A stretch of DNA of 64,000 nt from assembly GCA_051294375.1 (NCBI GenBank), contig JBJCIZ010000744.1:334206-398205 (forward strand), read 5' to 3'. Shown here in pieces: positions 62,901 to 64,000 of this stretch; within the stretch, counting starts at the first letter, position 1; each line of letters opens with the position of its first letter. The translations under genes were made by a program, and so were the position numbers. This DNA is from Paraspadella gotoi. Taxonomy: Eukaryota > Animalia > Chaetognatha. A model generated the notes under the pieces. The model saw only the letters and a list, made by a program, of their open reading frames with translations. It ran no database searches and had not been told where the DNA came from.

Positions 62901-63059
62901 AATTTCCAAGATTGACTACAACGTCAGGTTTGGCCTCAAGACCATTTTATTTCGTCATGGTTTGTTCTGGATGTATTTTTAACGGATTAGAGCAGCGTTA
63001 AGTTCGTTTCTTGAAGTAAATATTCTCCGACATAAAAAACAATTCCGAGAGGGCGACTG

Positions 63060-63235
63060 AGCGTGACCAATCGTTCCACGTGACCAATCGTTCCACGTGA
63101 CCAATGGTTCCACGTGACCACGTGACAATCGTTCCACGTGACCACGTGACCATCTTTTCACGTGACCACGTGACCTTCGTTCCACGTTACCACATGACCA
63201 CGTGACCATCGTTACACGTGACCACGTGACCATTG
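63060..63235. repeat. Minisatellite made of CACGTGAC (E-box) units
   Basis: About 11 perfect CACGTG in 175 bp, in units like ccaatcgttccacgtga. Confidence 0.9.
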
Positions 63236-63302
63236 TCAATAATCCCTTCAAATTTCAAACAATCAGCGTTGATCCAATTTTCCTCCTGGTTCCAAATATC
63301 TC

Positions 63303-63390
<88 letters not shown>

Positions 63391-63466
63391 TAATAATATA
63401 ATAATCCAATTTTTCCTGAGGGAGGCGAGACCCCAATAAAACGGTTCGACGCTGACTCAGTAAAAA

Positions 63467-64000
63467 TTAAAAGCAAAGGAATGTGTATTCAAACTCCAAA
63501 CGAACCAGCTGGCTCGTCACCACGTGCCTATCTATCTCTTGGAACAGGGCCAGACATAACATGTTCCAAGTCGGCGTAAACGATTGTAAAATCATTCTCC
63601 ACCCGGAATGAATGGAATATCTTTCCGAAAAATCTTTGTTCACAAGTCCCTAACTTCGGCGGGCGTGAAAATCCTCGCCAAAACCTCGGGGGTGAGAAAA
63701 AGTAGCCACGGGTTAATCTTGACGGATTTGACGTAAAATAAATCAAGAGTAACGTTAATTCCGGCGCATCCTTGCACCGCGCCCAGCGCCTCCCATATTT
63801 TCGGAAACCATGACGTTTTTAATTGATCGACGGCGAATGTCAAACTCGTCCTGTGATTGGACGCCGCCAGAACGAGGCTGAGCGTCGACAAGCCTATAGA
63901 CGCCAACTCCAAGTAGGGAGTATTTCGCCAGCTGCAGGAAAATTCATCGCTGTTCTCAGTCGTGCTGAAGGAAGACGCTCGGCAGAAACATTCACCGTGA
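63467..64000 (-). CDS. C-terminal part of an unidentified protein-like ORF running off the window, one apparent frameshift near 63642
   Basis: Open from 63999 to ...PAEVRDL, then (with one added G) VNKDFSERYSIHSGWRMILQSFTPTWNMLCLALFQEIDRHVVTSQLVRLEFEYTFLCF* (TAA 63467); higher GC than the flanks; no motif recognised. Confidence 0.4.

Overview
Animal (invertebrate-like) nuclear DNA with GC-rich exons in AT-rich, microsatellite-laden introns; four N gaps and recurrent single-base homopolymer losses point to an imperfect assembly, worst in the first ~8 kb. Genes built by hand from splice phases: (1) a nephrin/sidestep-type Ig-Ig-Ig-Ig-FN3-TM receptor (+, 8312-31663, 5' end not resolved); (2) inside its 14.2-kb intron and on the SAME strand, a complete 17-exon secreted laccase fused to a peritrophin-A chitin-binding domain (17875-28961), which needs one GG and one GC splice donor; (3) an unrecognised secreted Cys-rich prepropeptide gene (35235-39970); (4) an astacin metalloprotease (-, 46192-41659); (5) intronless CDC34/UBE2R (48420-49124); (6) a disabled Rab-GDI copy (51269-52838); (7) a divergent PRD-class Q50 homeobox gene (-); (8) an unidentified ORF at the right edge. 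Mobile DNA includes a Penelope-like element with inverted pLTRs and hammerhead ribozymes, solo hammerheads, eight short tRNA-like solo-LTR-type elements with 4-bp TSDs in four related families, a Tc1/mariner MITE, Helentron/DINE-like repeats and TIR elements with telomere-like cores. All calls come from reading the sequence; no searches were run.
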